A program made the position numbers and the translations under genes. A stretch of DNA of 64,000 nucleotides from NCBI RefSeq assembly GCF_009914755.1, contig NC_060930.1; one strand, given 5' to 3'. The notes below the pieces were generated by a model, which saw only the letters and a list, made by a program, of their open reading frames with translations, had not been told where the DNA came from and did no database searches. Shown here piece after piece: positions 12,160 through 25,761 of the stretch. The DNA is from the human T2T-CHM13v2.0 reference genome, Homo sapiens. Every line of letters starts with the position of its first letter. Position 1 is the stretch's first letter.

Positions 12160-13880
12160 TAATGTGTTTTCATTCCCTTCTCATTCACACTCGCTTGAGT
12201 ATCTTCTTAATGATATCAGTGATCTCGCTTGCTGCTCAGTCGCCAAAATTTTGTATAGTGAAGCAGAGTAGATACTTAATAGTGGTTGAATGAGTGAATG
12301 AATAAAAAATGAATTCATAAAAGATTGAATAGCTAATAAAATTTCTGTAGGTGAATATTTACTGTATAACTAACATTTGAGAGACTTCTCCAGTTACCTA
12401 TACCCTATTATCAATATAACTTTATTCATGCTCTGAGCCTGAAGATTCATTGATCAGTGACCGACTTCTAGATCTGACAATGAACAAGTCTCATCTCAGC
12501 CTAAATCATGACTGTAACCACAAATGAACTTGGTTGGAGCAAATCACAAAAACATACTGTTCTCAGCATAAATTCACTGTCACTAATTTCAGGGAAGCGG
12601 GAGCATGGGAGCATGATTCTTAGTGCTGCCTGGCAATCCTATCACATTTCCTGGTTCCTTCAATTTTTCACTCTGTTAGTGAATTATTTCATGTCCTTTC
12701 CTCAATTCTGACATCAACACAGCCTTTTCCCATTTTTTAAAATCTTAGTTGATGAACTTTATACTTCACTAAAAAAATTGGGGCAGTAAGTAGGGAACTT
12801 TATCAATTTTCATGACAATTGCTATTCCCCTATTTCACAGGCAGGAATTACCTCAGTTCTCTCCTATACTACTCTGAGTGAATTCTCTATGCTACTGTGA
12901 TCCTAGCTAATGATGACACCTCTGCTTTTGCTTTAGATGCATCCTTCTTATCTACTCAATGATGTCACTCTAGCAACTCTCATTTTCTCTTTCATCATCA
13001 ATTTTCTTTGCCAATAATTTTTTTCATCACTTAAAGTGTTTTAAAATTTTCAAGGATAAATATTGAAACCACAATCTGTCTTGACCTCATCTGACCTTTA
13101 ATTACTGAACCATTTGCTTTGTTCCATTTACTGACAAACTCTTTAAAATAATGTTCTACATTTTCTCACCAATTGCCATCTTCTAATTCTCTCTTGAACT
13201 AGGTTTTTGCTTCTTCTCCACTTTTGAAATTGCTTTAATCATGATCTCCAAAGATTTTCACATGCTAAATTCATTGACCATTTATTTGACTTTATATTCC
13301 TTGGCTTATAGCAATAGTCGACACATGCTCTTAAGTCGGTTTATACCACACTTACCTGGTTGTCTCCTAATATATTGGCCATTTCTCGTTAGTCTCTTAT
13401 ACTGGTTCTTCATCTCAGTTGTCTTTAAATTTTGGAATACCCCAAGGCTTAATCCTAGAAGCATTACCAATACTCATTCCAAAGAAGATCTTATTATCTC
13501 ATTCTATCTGATGATTTTAAATGTCATTTAAAAGTTGCTGATTCTATTTTTAAAAATCTCTAGCCTGACCTTTCTCTTGAACTTTATGCAAATATCCAAC
13601 TTACTGTTTGACCTTTCCAATTAAATATTTGACCTCATATGGCCAAATTGAGCTCTTGACAGATAGGCACATCCTTGCCAAACTTTTACCTCTCACAGTT
13701 TTCAATTCCATTTCATAGCAACTCTATTTTATAACTACTCAAACAAAAATTTTAGCATCATTCACGGCCTGCAAGGATGTAAGTCACATCCTCATTGTTT
13801 GTCCCCAGCAATTCTTTTGGCTCTACCTTCAAAATGTATCAGGAATGTGGTTACTTCTCACACACCCACTCTTGCCATTA
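12160..13880 (+). mobile_element. L2 LINE remnants
   Basis: L2 3' tail gttgaatgagtgaatgaataaa at ~12285-12305. Pyrimidine-rich L2 body 12600-13880 (ctctaccttcaaaatgtatc, cctgacctttctcttgaact). Confidence 0.7.
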
Positions 13881-14631
13881 TGAAGAGGAAAGTCTTCTAG
13901 GAGTGTCAGAATAATAGAAATTAAGAGGAGAAAAGGTATTTTAATGAGTATTATTACAAATTACATATAAGAACCACTTTAAATAGTTTAGAAATATGTG
14001 AATTAAGATTGAAATTCCCATTTGTAGGACTGAATAATATAGACTACAGCTTTATTTGTATTTCTATATTGTATTCATTGTTATTTACAAATGGGAAAAC
14101 TGAGCGCTAGTTTAATAATTTGTCTAAGATTACATGAGTCAACAATAGGTACTCTAGAATTAAAATTAGAGATGGCTTCTTCCAGGATTTTCAGAGTTTG
14201 CCAGATCAGCTCTCAAATTAAATTAAAAACCATAACAACTTGAATGAAATCATGCCTGCTTAAGAAAATAGGAAATAAGTAGGAATGTCTAGGATGTTTT
14301 ATTATTTTCCAACGTTTATTGATTAACACCTACTATATTACAAGTCTGACCTAGGTTTGAGATGAGACAACTATATTGTTGCCACAATCTTCCTAGAATT
14401 CCATTCCTCAAAGTTTTATTGTAGATTTTGAATTATTTGCCTTACTTCTCATTACATTCAATTTTTCAAACTCATTTCTTATCCCTGGAGTGCTTTACAC
14501 ATTTGTATCTTCTCTTCTCAAATCTTGGAATCTGATCCTTATATCTGGCTCATGATCAACCCTGACACAGATGTTAGCTATCTTCTTGTCTCTAACTTGT
14601 GCATTCTGCTAACTTAAAGTTTTTTGAAAGG

Positions 14632-15706
14632 CAGCAGTCTCCTGTTTTCAGCAAAAGGTAGATTCCAAGACCTCTAGTGAATGCCTTAAAACCCAGATAG
14701 TACCAAACCCTATATATACTGTTTTTTGCTATATATTTATACTTATGATAAACTAATAATAAAATGGAAAAATTATAGCAATATACTATAATAAAAGTTG
14801 GTGAATGTAGTCTCTGGCTCTTAGCCTCAAAATATCTGATTGTACTCTACTCACCTTTCTTCTTGTGATGATGTGAGATGACACGATGCCTACACGTTGA
14901 GATGAAGTCAAGTGAATGACACAGTCATCAGGATATAGCCTTCGGCTACTATTGAACTGTATATTCTGGAATCGGTGTAACCATCCCTTACATGCAGTAA
15001 ATGGATTGGCATAATTAGTTTGAGGGGATCATTTGCTGAAGTCTTCCTTAGGATCAGTGCTTTGTGGCACAACACATTGCCATTCATTGAAACACATTTT
15101 CTGTTTGTGTCTTCTACCCACAAATATAATGCCTTTTCCATTTTAACTAAGCACTTATTATGCACTATGGCCATAACTTTTGCACTTTGAGGTACAACAG
15201 CCAAATTAGCATAAATTTCTTGTCCTTTCTTCGCAATTATCTTGATAGATTTGTTCTTACTATAGGTTTTAGCAAGCTCAGCATACATTTTTTTCCTTTA
15301 TTAAGTCAAGAATTTTTACATTTTCACTTAAAGCACTTCATAGTTGCTCTTTGACATATCTAAATTGCTATCTTGAGTTTTACTCTTTTATTGAGTAAAA
15401 TAAATGTTACTTCAATACAAGCACTGCTATACTGTGGTAGTTGCTCTGATAACTGAGATGGCTACAAGTGACTAACAAGTGGGTAGCACAGACAGCATGG
15501 ATACACTGGACAAAAGGATAATTCATGTCTCAGGAAGCATGAAGCAAGAAGGTGCAAGATTTTATCATGCTACTCAGAAAAGCATAAAATGTAAAACTTA
15601 AGAGTGGTTTATTTCTAGAATTTTCCAATTAATATCCTCAGACTGCGGTTGACTGCAGGTAATTAAAACTGCGGAAATTGAAACCACACATAAAAGGGGG
15701 CCACTG
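14632..15706 (-). mobile_element. Tigger7/MER44 DNA transposon, internally deleted, with N-terminal transposase remnant
   Basis: Both degenerate TIRs are present (cagcagtctcc... and ...ggggccactg followed by TA). ORF 14908-15288 (YAELAKTYSKNKSIK...KCLVKMEKALYLWVED) is the pogo/CENP-B-type DNA-binding region of Tigger7. Confidence 0.9.
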
Positions 15707-15751
15707 TACAAATCACTCAAATCCCCAATGGGTATTTGATCTTTGTCCTAG

Positions 15752-16201
15752 TGAAACCGACTCAATAGTCCCATAGACTTTTCTTTTAGATAAACATAAA
15801 AATTGACCTTTCTGATCTTAAAACTTGAAGCTTACATTTGTATTATCTGAGTTCCTTCCTCAGAAAAGGACCTTCAGGCCTCTCAAAAAAAGTATCAAAG
15901 AACTGAAACTCACCAGATCACCATATCCTGACAATGAGATGCCTGACCCCTCGTTCATCATGACTTCTTTGGTGCTCCTCCCTAGTTATTGTTTTATTAC
16001 ACATTGTTACATTTCCTTCCTTGCTATATAAACATTTAGTTTTAGTGGGTCAGGGAGACGCATTTGAGACTAAACTTCCATCTTCTTCACTGCAGCACCT
16101 GATTAAAGCCTTCTTCCTTGGCTATATTTATTGTCTCAGTGATTGGCTTTCTGCACGGTAAGCAACAGGATCTAGGCCCAACCCATGGTGTTTCACTATC
16201 A
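15752..16201 (+). mobile_element. ERV1-class solo LTR (LOR1/LTR26-like)
   Basis: TG...CA termini, exact 4-bp TSD CTAG (15748-15751, 16202-16205), TATATAA near 16025 and ATTAAA near 16102. Confidence 0.88.
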
Positions 16202-16596
16202 CTAGCATGGGATTCCTGTTTTGATCATTAATTTTAGTTAATATGGTAGACATTCCCACTAGGTTCACAAAATTTCCGATTCAAATAGTAACAAAAACAA
16301 CAAAAGCAAAATAATAATCCTGAACCAGTAGTTTTTAAAAACAAGTATTTTTGGTTACCTGGTAAAATTTGACACAGGGTGAATTTAACCTTTGTTTTTA
16401 GATAGAAAACAAATTCTAGTCTTCATGTTTTTCACCGTATTTTAATATTAGAGAAACTACTGGTACTGCCTAATATTTATATTGAGGTTTAAATTACAGA
16501 CCTTAATGCATTTTTCTATTCCATCCAGAGCTAAGTAAGAAAATGCTAATAAGCCCAGGCAATGTTTTGTGAGTCTAAATTCTTTATCCAAAGTTC

Positions 16597-16683
16597 AGAT
16601 TGTATTTAAACCCACTTCTTAATGAATCAGTTCTTAATGGATCAATGTTTAGATTGTATTTAAACCCAGTTCTTAATGAATCA
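16597..16683. repeat. Local 33-bp direct duplication
   Basis: agattgtatttaaaccca(c/g)ttcttaatgaatca at 16597-16629 and 16651-16683. Confidence 0.85.
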
Positions 16684-17099
16684 AAAATGGATCTAATATC
16701 CCTTTTTGAACGAGGTTCTTGCAAGGTGACAGAGGAAGGGCTAGTGAGATTATCAGTATTCTCCTGAACTTATACTTTTAGCTCTTGCTTAGGCTTTTTG
16801 TGTCTTGACTCCAATAATCTGATGGTGATATTTAGACAACTGATAAGTCCATAAATATTGATTTTCATGAATCAAGTTTCTAATGAGATCATGGCTAAAT
16901 TGGGAAACATTCAATTGTATAAGTTTAGGTGGCCCAAGACAGATTAAAACTAGACCTAAAGTAGGGCAAACATAGCTCCAGATATGCTTATATCAAAACT
17001 GTTAGTTGGGAAAAATAAGAGAATTTCTATCTCATTCCATTGTATATGAAATTAACACTCACAAAGGAAGATAGCAATATTGGCTTATATATTTAATTA

Positions 17100-17105
17100 T
17101 TTATT
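17100..17105 (-). terminator. Candidate polyadenylation signal of DEFB114
   Basis: AATAAA on the minus strand about 80 nt after the stop codon. Confidence 0.5.
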
Positions 17106-17185
17106 TCAGAAGTCCTAATTATATTCCCACACCTCTCTGCACTGGTGCACATGTAACTTCTTTGTTCAGAGGTATGCCTTTCTTT

Positions 17186-17340
17186 TCAAAACATATCATC
17201 TTCTTCATACAATTTCTCAGTGCAGCAAATTTTTCTTGGTAAGGAACATATGTCTATTTGCTTTTCACTCTCAAGACAGTCTCTTTTACAACGACCGTAA
17301 CGTTTGGTGCAACGATCAGCATTCACCAAGGTACATGTGG
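17186..17340 (-). CDS. DEFB114: Beta-defensin 114 exon 2
   Basis: Acceptor ctcttcttttaccgtag. Encodes (A)TCTLVNADRCTKRYGRCKRDCLESEKQIDICSLPRKICCTEKLYEEDDMF*, a complete six-Cys motif. In frame with exon 1 (total 210 nt, 69 aa). Confidence 0.97.
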
Positions 17341-17468
17341 CTACGGTAAAAGAAGAGTAACAGAAATTCTAATCTTTTATTTAAGCATATATTACTTCTG
17401 ATTTCATAGAGTATGATGTGTACATTGTATCAAGTTTAGAAAATACCAAAAAAAAATAAATCCATGTA

Positions 17469-17545
17469 TATCTTATACCCCATGTATATATAACTATCTT
17501 ATACCCCAAATATATATAACTATCTTATACCCCATGTATATATAA
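17469..17545. repeat. ~26-bp minisatellite (about 3 copies) in the DEFB114 intron
   Basis: tatcttataccccatgtatatataac is repeated. Confidence 0.85.
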
Positions 17546-18579
17546 AATTAAAACTTGTTTTAAAATTAATATATGATTAAAAACTTCATGACACATATTA
17601 TTCTCAAAAAAAAATTCAAGATATTTGTAGAGCTACACGACAATGTGCATAATCTTTCAGTTGTTTTCGGACAATCATATCATATCTAAAGTTTTTAATA
17701 TTTTAGGATTATGATAATGTGGTTTACATAATTTAATACTTATATGATATATCCTTATGATAGTTGTAAAAAAGTTTAATTTTAGAGTTTTGGTACTGCC
17801 ACAAAAATTTATGCAATTTTTGCCCCATTGCAATTTTAATTGTTATGTCTTTATTTATGTTGAATACTTTTCCTTCTTTTTATAAAATTTTTTACATGCT
17901 TTGTTGATTATATAACTGGAATTTTTTAAAATTAATAAGTTCATAAGAATTTTAAAAATATATTGTGGATAGTAACTTTTGTCTGTCATATATGTCACCA
18001 ATTGGTCTTCCTTAGTTGTTGTTTTTTATATTGTTAGTTATGGATTTTAAACAATTACATTTTCATTACAAGATACATAAATATTCAATTTAAAAAATGT
18101 AAACAATTTTGTATTTTTATATGCAGAAATGTACAAAAATAATCTATTTTAATGTATTATTCTAACTTCAAAATAAGAAATTCTTGCATAGATTTTTTCA
18201 TCATAGTATTTTATTTATTATAGTATTTTTCTCTTTATATCAACTGTACTTGTCAGATATGTAGCTAACTTCATTTCTTTTAAATGATTAAATAATTATT
18301 CCACACTATTTATTAAAATAATTTCTTCACCTCTTTAAATGATTTTCACTGTATGCTTAATGTTGTTATATGCTAAACTCACAAACTCTAGATCTCTTTC
18401 AGCTATCAATTGCATTTTATGAATATAGCTATGGATTTTTGAAACAGAAACAGCTTAGATTACAAAAGTGTGTAATAGAAACAGCAGATGCTTTATTGTA
18501 TTTTATTTCTTTATGTATGAACTTTAAAAAGAAAATAAAACAAACTTGCAGAAGAGTACCCAAAAATAAATGCTCAGCT

Positions 18580-20540
18580 AAGAGTGTTATTAAACATTAA
18601 GGACCTATGTAAACACTACCCAAGTCAAGAAATAGAACATTTCCGGCACACTTGTGCCCCCTTACAGTTACTATTCCTTTCACTCTTTCAGTTAAAAAAA
18701 AATTGTCTTGATTTATATTTTGTTTAAGCCTGCTCATTTTAAAGCTTTATGTGAATGCAACAGTACAGCACATATATTTTTACATCTGATTTTATTCACT
18801 CACAATATTATATTTTGAGATTTGTTCTTGTTTTGTATAACTATAATTCTTCCATGTTCATTATCATATAGTGGACTGTTACATACATATACGACATTTT
18901 AGCCTTATCTGCTGATGAATATTCAGGTTGTTTCCCATTTTTGAATACTTTTGTACTTGACTCTTGGGGCACATGCTCAGGCATTTTTGTTGGGCATATC
19001 CCTAAGGGTGAAATACAATGGTAAGGTGTCTACATAGCTTCAACATTAATAGATAATGCCAAACAGATGTTCAAATAATTGGTGCTAACTTAAACTTCCA
19101 GAAGCATTGCATAATAGTTTCAGACATCTAAAATCTAAGAAATGCTTGATATTTTCAATTTAGTAATTATGATGTGAATGTAGACACCTCATATATCTTA
19201 ACCCATTTTATATTTCATAATAAAATGCCAATTTTTCTGATTACTGAAAAAGGGTAACATATTTTCTTATGTTTACTGACCTAATAAATATCTATCATTT
19301 AGAAAGTGATCCATCTTTGGTTTTCTATTGGACAGTCTGTCTTTTTTATACTGTTTTATGTATGTTCTTTATATATTCTAGTTGTGTTCCTTTTGTATGC
19401 TAAATGTATTGAACATATTTTTCTCCATATAGAGCTTGCTTTTTTTAGTTGGTGTTTTTTGACTGACAAAAGTTTCCAAATTTTAATGTAGTCAATACTA
19501 TTTTTTCTACTGATTAAGAAATACTACTACTTGTATGTTAAAATTGTTAGTAAATTCTTTTACATTAACTTGCATGCTTTATTGTTTTGCCTTTTTCCAT
19601 GCTTGCATCTCAGGTTATTTGGAATGAGATTTTGGATGTGGTAAGAGGCAATAGTCAAGCTTCATTTTTTCTTCATATGGCTATGCAATGGAACCAGCCC
19701 TATTTATTGAAAAGCTTATTTATTACGTTGTTCTGTAGTGCCATCTTTATCTGTTTCTGGGTTCTCTATTCTCCATTGATTTATTCAAAAATTTATATGT
19801 ATTAGATAATTTCTGAAAAAATTACATCATAATGAATCTGAACAACAACAAAAAGAAATAGAAAATCTAAATGTTTCCAAATTCATTAAGGGAATAGAAT
19901 CCATAATAATTAAGCTTCTATAGGGAAAATACCCAGCCCAGATAGGTTCACTGTTGAATTCTAAACATTTAAAGAAGAAATAACACCAATTATACACAAA
20001 CTTTTCCAGATAATAGAAAATAAAAGGATGTTTCTAACTTATTTTATGAGATCAACAATACCTGGTACTAAAACTGATCAGGACATTACAAGAAAGAAAA
20101 TTACTCATTAATACAGATGCAAAAAGTTTCTTGTTCACAATATTCTCCCATGATCATTTTGATATCTGTAGCATATATACTAATATCTCTGATAAAGTTT
20201 AGTTTTGCCTTCACTTTTTCTTTACAGTTTTGTCAAAGCTTTATTAATTTTGTTAGTCTTTTCAAAAAACAAAATGTGGCCTTCTTTATTTTCTCTAGTG
20301 TCTGTTTTCTACTTACATCTAATTAAGTCTTATTACATGTTTGTAACTGTCATTTTAATTTGATTTTCTTTTTTAACTTCATCAGTTAAAATTTTAGTTA
20401 CATTTTTAGTTTTAATTCTTTTTAGATATATGGATATAACTATATTAATTTCCTTGTAAACCCTACTATGAACTTTGATTTATCTCATTTTTATTACTAT
20501 TCAGTTCAAAATATTTTCTAATATCCATTTGATCATCTTA
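18580..20540 (-). mobile_element. Old L1M remnant in the DEFB114 intron, with an inverted (+) ORF2 segment at ~19805-20123
   Basis: Reverse-complement L1 3'/ORF2 motifs lie on both sides. The middle block (cccagcccagataggttcactgttgaattct...gatgcaaaa) reads as sense ORF2. Confidence 0.7.
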
Positions 20541-20944
20541 TAGATTCTGTTATTGATATTCCAAGAAATATACACTGCTGTTCTCAGTTCATTCAGTTTC
20601 TCTAGGGTCTAATTACTTTCAAGCTTTCACTTCTGAGACTTATAAATAAATTTAATATATTATAGTTTTCTGAACAATTTAAATATCTAGAAGAAAACTC
20701 AGTCCAAAAAAATTGAAAGATGTTGTCTTCATTATCTCATTTTATCTACATATTTGGAGAATGAGGTGGGTACAGTACACCAGTATAATGATATTATCAA
20801 TGAGGAAACCAAGATTCAGTATAATAAAGACACTTATTTAATTGATAAGATTGCATTAAAAATTTGCATTCTACAATTAATAATTTATTATTTCTATTTC
20901 TAGTGAGAAGTTTTACACAAATATAACAGAGACATCTATCTTAC

Positions 20945-20999
20945 CTGGTAGAATGAAGGTCACATAACACAGAAAATGGAGATAGTAAAAGATCCTCAT
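20945..20999 (-). CDS. DEFB114: Beta-defensin 114 exon 1 (signal peptide)
   Basis: MRIFYYLHFLCYVTFILP + G, donor GTAAGA. 55 nt, phase 1. Confidence 0.97.
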
Positions 21000-21080
21000 T
21001 CTGTAGAAAGAAGTTGTTGAAAGACTTGATAACAGAATATAGAGACTATAGAACTTTCCAAAACCCAAAAGACGTTTACT

Positions 21081-21087
21081 ATTTATA
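21081..21087 (-). promoter_or_regulatory. TATA box of DEFB114
   Basis: TATAAAT on the minus strand, 82-88 nt upstream of the ATG. Confidence 0.6.
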
Positions 21088-22549
21088 GTTTTCTCATGGA
21101 AGAGAAACTCTCGTTATCTGGAAATTGTTTTAATTTTGTGTGCCTATCTCTGCTCCAATGACTATGGCTGTGGGCAGAATTACCCAAATTGAAAACACTT
21201 GAAAATAATAGAGCTTTTGGGAGGAATCCCTCTGTGAATGATAGCTGTAAACATGGCATCTTCCTATCATTGCTAATTAATTAATGATCAACGCAAAGGG
21301 GCATCCATGGAATAAATTTAAGGTAAATACTTATTTACTACTTCAGAAATAAAACAGCTGAACATTGTCCATTAATCTGCTGATTACTTTTCAAAATTTA
21401 CTGTAATCACTAATCTGGTGTGTCAATTCATCAATATGCCTGCATATCAAAAAATTTTAATTATATCATGTTATCCCATTAATTTCCCCCAAATTATTCA
21501 TTTACAAGACCCAAATATTAAGCCTCACTTTTATCACTAATTTCTGTTACATTTTTGAGATGGAACTTAAATATTCACGAAACTCTTGTTTTCCTAGTAA
21601 AGCTCAATAATTCTCCACTTTTTTTAACATTTAAATATTTAATTACATGGACACAATAAATAATGAGAAGAGACTGTAATGAATAGCAATAATTTCCTAC
21701 CCACTAGGCCCTCTAGTGATTACTAACATAAGAACAAGGATGTAGTTTATATCTTATCTTGGCTTACCAAACAGAGTACATCTCTTGGTTTCTACTAAGA
21801 AAATTACAAATTTAGATTACTTACACTCTTTTCTAGGCTATCTTTATCAAATATTTTGAAGTTATGTTAATTTTTTAAAAATGTTATAATCTTCAATAAA
21901 ACACTTATATTTTTCCTATCAACTGTAGTTGCAATATTAAGCCTTCCTCACTTAAAATGAAAATATTAGCCCTCTTGCTAGTTACTCCAGCAATTCTCCC
22001 CACTTTTTACACCTCATTCATTTGTTACACATTTCCTTTCATCTTGTGTAAGATAATATGTGTACTCTATGTATAATTAGAATTAAAACATACACTTTAT
22101 TTTTAGACTGTAGTACAATAAGTATTATCAATTATATTGCCTTTTTCTATGTGCCCAATATCACAACACTTGGGTTAATCAAAGAGAAATGCTCTTGGTT
22201 TCAAAGTCAAATTGACATTATTATTAACATTATTACCAATAATTTATTTTATATCTTTCTTTTCTTCTTTCTGCTTTCTTTTTTCTTAAGTGTTTTTTTG
22301 TGTTTTTATTTTGTTTTATATTTGGTTATGTCATTCTTGAAGAGTATTTCTTCCTGCAGTTTTCTTTGTATATGTGGACAAAATATAAATAATAGGCATT
22401 CTCTATCGTCAAGTTTATCTGAGTAGCATAGGTGAGTCCTGAGATTGCTTCATTCTAAGATTTTTCTAAACCTGCCCTCCTGAGTTTAATTTACCGTGAT
22501 CTGGATCTTGTGTCTTTTTTTGTTGTTGTTCTTGTTTTTCTCCCTCCAG

Positions 22550-23450
22550 AATTGTTTTCAGAAAAGATTTTTTTAAATTAGAATTTTGTTTCTAAAAAAT
22601 ATTTTTATTCTGCCCTCACATTTAGTTATTTGGATGTTAAATCTAGGTTCAAAATCATGTTCCTTCACAACTTTGAAGCTGTTACTCTACTAACATCCGG
22701 CATCCAGTCTTCCTGATGAAAACTCTAATGCCTGGATAGCTCCTTTTAAATGTTTTAATTTTTTCTCTCTTGATGTCATTAGGACATTGGTTTTCTGATT
22801 CAGTCTCCCAAACTTTATGATTCACACATTTCTTGGTGTAAATTTCTTATGAATAAGTTATCTTTCTGGTATTGGTGAGCTTATATCTTTCCTGGGATCT
22901 GGGAAATTTTCTTCCTCTTTCTATATTTTTTTTCCTCAGATAAGTTCTTCCCTCCTTATTTGTTTGTTTATTTTCTCTCTTTTGGGGATGTTTTTAAGTC
23001 AAACATTTAGCCATTTCTCTATAATTTTCTCTCCTACTTTTATGTCTTTTTGTTATTTTTTGATTTTAAATAAATCTTTTACTTTTATATTTAGCTTTTG
23101 CAATTTTTTAAGCAAAATTTTGTCGTTTGCTAAAAAAGGAATATAAGTGCCATTTTCTGTTCTTTGATTATTCTTATGTCATAGAATTATAGTCCTGTAT
23201 TATAGATGTAAAGGCTTCTTGAATACCTCTGTAAATACATTTTAGAGAGATTTTGTTTGTTTGTTTTGTGTTACATTATATTCTTTTTCTTGATCTGTTT
23301 TCTCAGAATCTAGCATTCTGTTTGTCATTGTGATCTTAGATATTCATGCTGCTGATTTTACTTATATGCTGGATGAAGAACTGAATACATTGTAGGATTT
23401 CCTCCGTTGTCATGCATATCTTTTCCTCTCTGCAATGGAATTCTCATGGT
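22550..23450 (-). mobile_element. Degraded L1M fragment
   Basis: T-rich reverse-complement L1 motifs (tttttattctgccctcac, tctgggaaattttc, ttcctgatgaaaactctaatg). Confidence 0.5.
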
Positions 23451-25529
23451 AAAGTCTGTGAATGCGGGCTGAATGGGCTTCCTTACTACAAGTAGAATGC
23501 CATATGACTCCCTATATCTTGAAGAAGAAACCTTGCTATTTTTCCAGAGGCAGAAGTTTCTATACCAGAAATCTTAGCTCTCTCCACAAGATTTTAATTA
23601 TTCAATTAGATTGTGATTGCATTTAAACAAAGCTAAAAACCTCATGAGGGAAGAATTGTGGAGATTCAGTAATTTTTCTTGAATAAAGAAAGGCTCCTTG
23701 GATTTTTTTGCAAGTCTAGTTAATTTGCAGAGCTCTTTATAAAGTGGATTTAGACAATTTTATGACGATCTTTTTCTTCCTTTTATGGAGAAGCAGATTT
23801 TCTGAATTTTTTACTCCATTTTTCCAGAAGTCCTACCCATAATTTTTTGCTTATTGCTACTTAACAAAAATTTCTGTGGTCTGAAAGTTAAGCTCTGTTC
23901 TGATTTATATTCTTGCGCAATAAACTACTCTAAAACTTGTTGGCTTAAAGTAGAAGAAAAACACAACATTTTATTATGCTCATGAATTGTGCGTGACAAA
24001 AAATTAACATAGAATATAATGGGGTATGAGGTTGCCTATTTTCTTTATGTCTGAAAACTCACCTGAGAGACATAGCCTAGGAGTGATTTCACATTGGCTA
24101 ACTCCTTCTTATCCTCCTTTGTGGGTTCCAGTTCTTCACATAGAATTATTTAAATCCTATTCCTTGGGATTTCATACTTTTCCACCTTGGTCTGTAGCCT
24201 TTCATTGGGTGATTTTATCTCATTGCTTTGGTTAATGGCTCGACAAATCTATATTGGAAGCACATTTTTTCTTTCTTGAGCTTCACACATGAATATAGCA
24301 GAAAAGTGTAAACCTAATATGTTATAAGTGCTCCTTTCCAAGTTTGCTCCTCTGACTATATTTTTTAATGAGTGATCACATAGTTAGGTAAATGTTTCAA
24401 ATAAGAAAACTGCAAGTAATCCATTTCTCTTAAACCTAAAATTCACTGAAACTCCTTGATTTCTTCTAAGTCAGAACTCTGCCCTAAATTTTTATACTGT
24501 CCAAATTGTTGTTATAGGTTTAAGTAAGAAATACATTCGGTGGATACTTTAAATCCTGAATGCCAAGTTTTACTGATGCTTTATAATTAATAAGAATATT
24601 TATGTTAAAGTTATTTTAATAGTATAATAGAAATTAATGTGGAATGTGGAAACTTGGAAACCCAATGAATTCATTGAAGACAAGGACAAAAACAGAAGCA
24701 TTAAGTATTGAAGTATAAGATGAAAGAAGTTAAATAAAATTCTTGAGGACCAAGAGAGAAGACCCTTGGATTGGCAGCCTATGTTTAAGATTGATTATAA
24801 TAGTCAGCTTTGGATGTTAGAATTAGAAGTGACTTTTCTTTTTTATCTTTGAACATTTCTATATTGTTCTAAATTTTCATATTATTTTAAAATTTAAAAA
24901 GCTGTTAAGATGTTTTTAATTTGCTTTTATCCTGATCACAAAATTATAAGTATATATGTAGAACAATATAATATTATAACGAAGTAAATAAATCAGCCAT
25001 GAACTCATCTCTCCAACATAACTACTCTTAGGGTTTAGTGTTTTTCCTCCTGCTGTTTTTCTCTTTTGATGTATTTTTACATGGGTAAGGTGTTAATATA
25101 TTCCATTTTACTCCCTTTTCAGTTTGATTAGCTCTTTCTTAAAATTGTTTTTATCAGTCTTCTGTTATTATGTGATTAGCATCTATATAACTTTGTGTCC
25201 AAGAAACAAACACATTTATATGGAAACTAAGAGAAGGCACATAAACCATAATTTATGTTTACTATATGAAAGATCATATGAAAATAAATGTTTCTGTACC
25301 AGGCAAATAAATAGGTCAGAGATGAAGAGAACAAGAATCAAAAGTCCTCTGTCTCATGGCTGGAGATAAACTTCTGCCAATTTAATGAAGAAGATGCTAC
25401 CACTCATTTTTTCTTTATTTCTCTTGTACTAAGCCAACATTGAATTCACTAGCCATGGTATAATTGTGTAATCCAGAAGGCCAGAGATCAACAACTTAAA
25501 TATAGATTGATAGATAGCAAAAATTCATT

Positions 25530-25535
25530 TTTATT
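25530..25535 (-). terminator. Candidate polyadenylation signal of DEFB113
   Basis: AATAAA about 35 nt after the stop. Another AATAAA overlaps the stop codon (25570-25575). Confidence 0.5.
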
Positions 25536-25570
25536 AGTAAAATTGTTATACAGTGTTTTATAATTATAAT

Positions 25571-25761
25571 TTATTTTTGATGGAGTTTACTAGTGATTTT
25601 GTTAATGATTGGCTTTTGGTATTCCCATACCGCACAGCAGGGGTTAACATTGCAGTAATAATATACATATTCCCAGCTGTTGCATTCCGGCTTGCAAGCA
25701 CCACGAACAAGCTGACATTCTCTTTTTCTCTCTGCAACTTCTCTTGTTTTTTTCTGTGGAA
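25571..25761 (-). CDS. DEFB113: Beta-defensin 113 exon 2
   Basis: Acceptor ctactttttcctag. Encodes (V)PQKKTREVAERKRECQLVRGACKPECNSWEYVYYYCNVNPCCAVWEYQKPIINKITSKLHQK*, a six-Cys motif. Total CDS 249 nt, 82 aa. Confidence 0.97.

Noticed and set aside
14908-15288. 126-aa ORF as a domesticated transposase gene
   Set aside because: It lies in an internally deleted Tigger7, lacks the catalytic domain and drifts out of frame.
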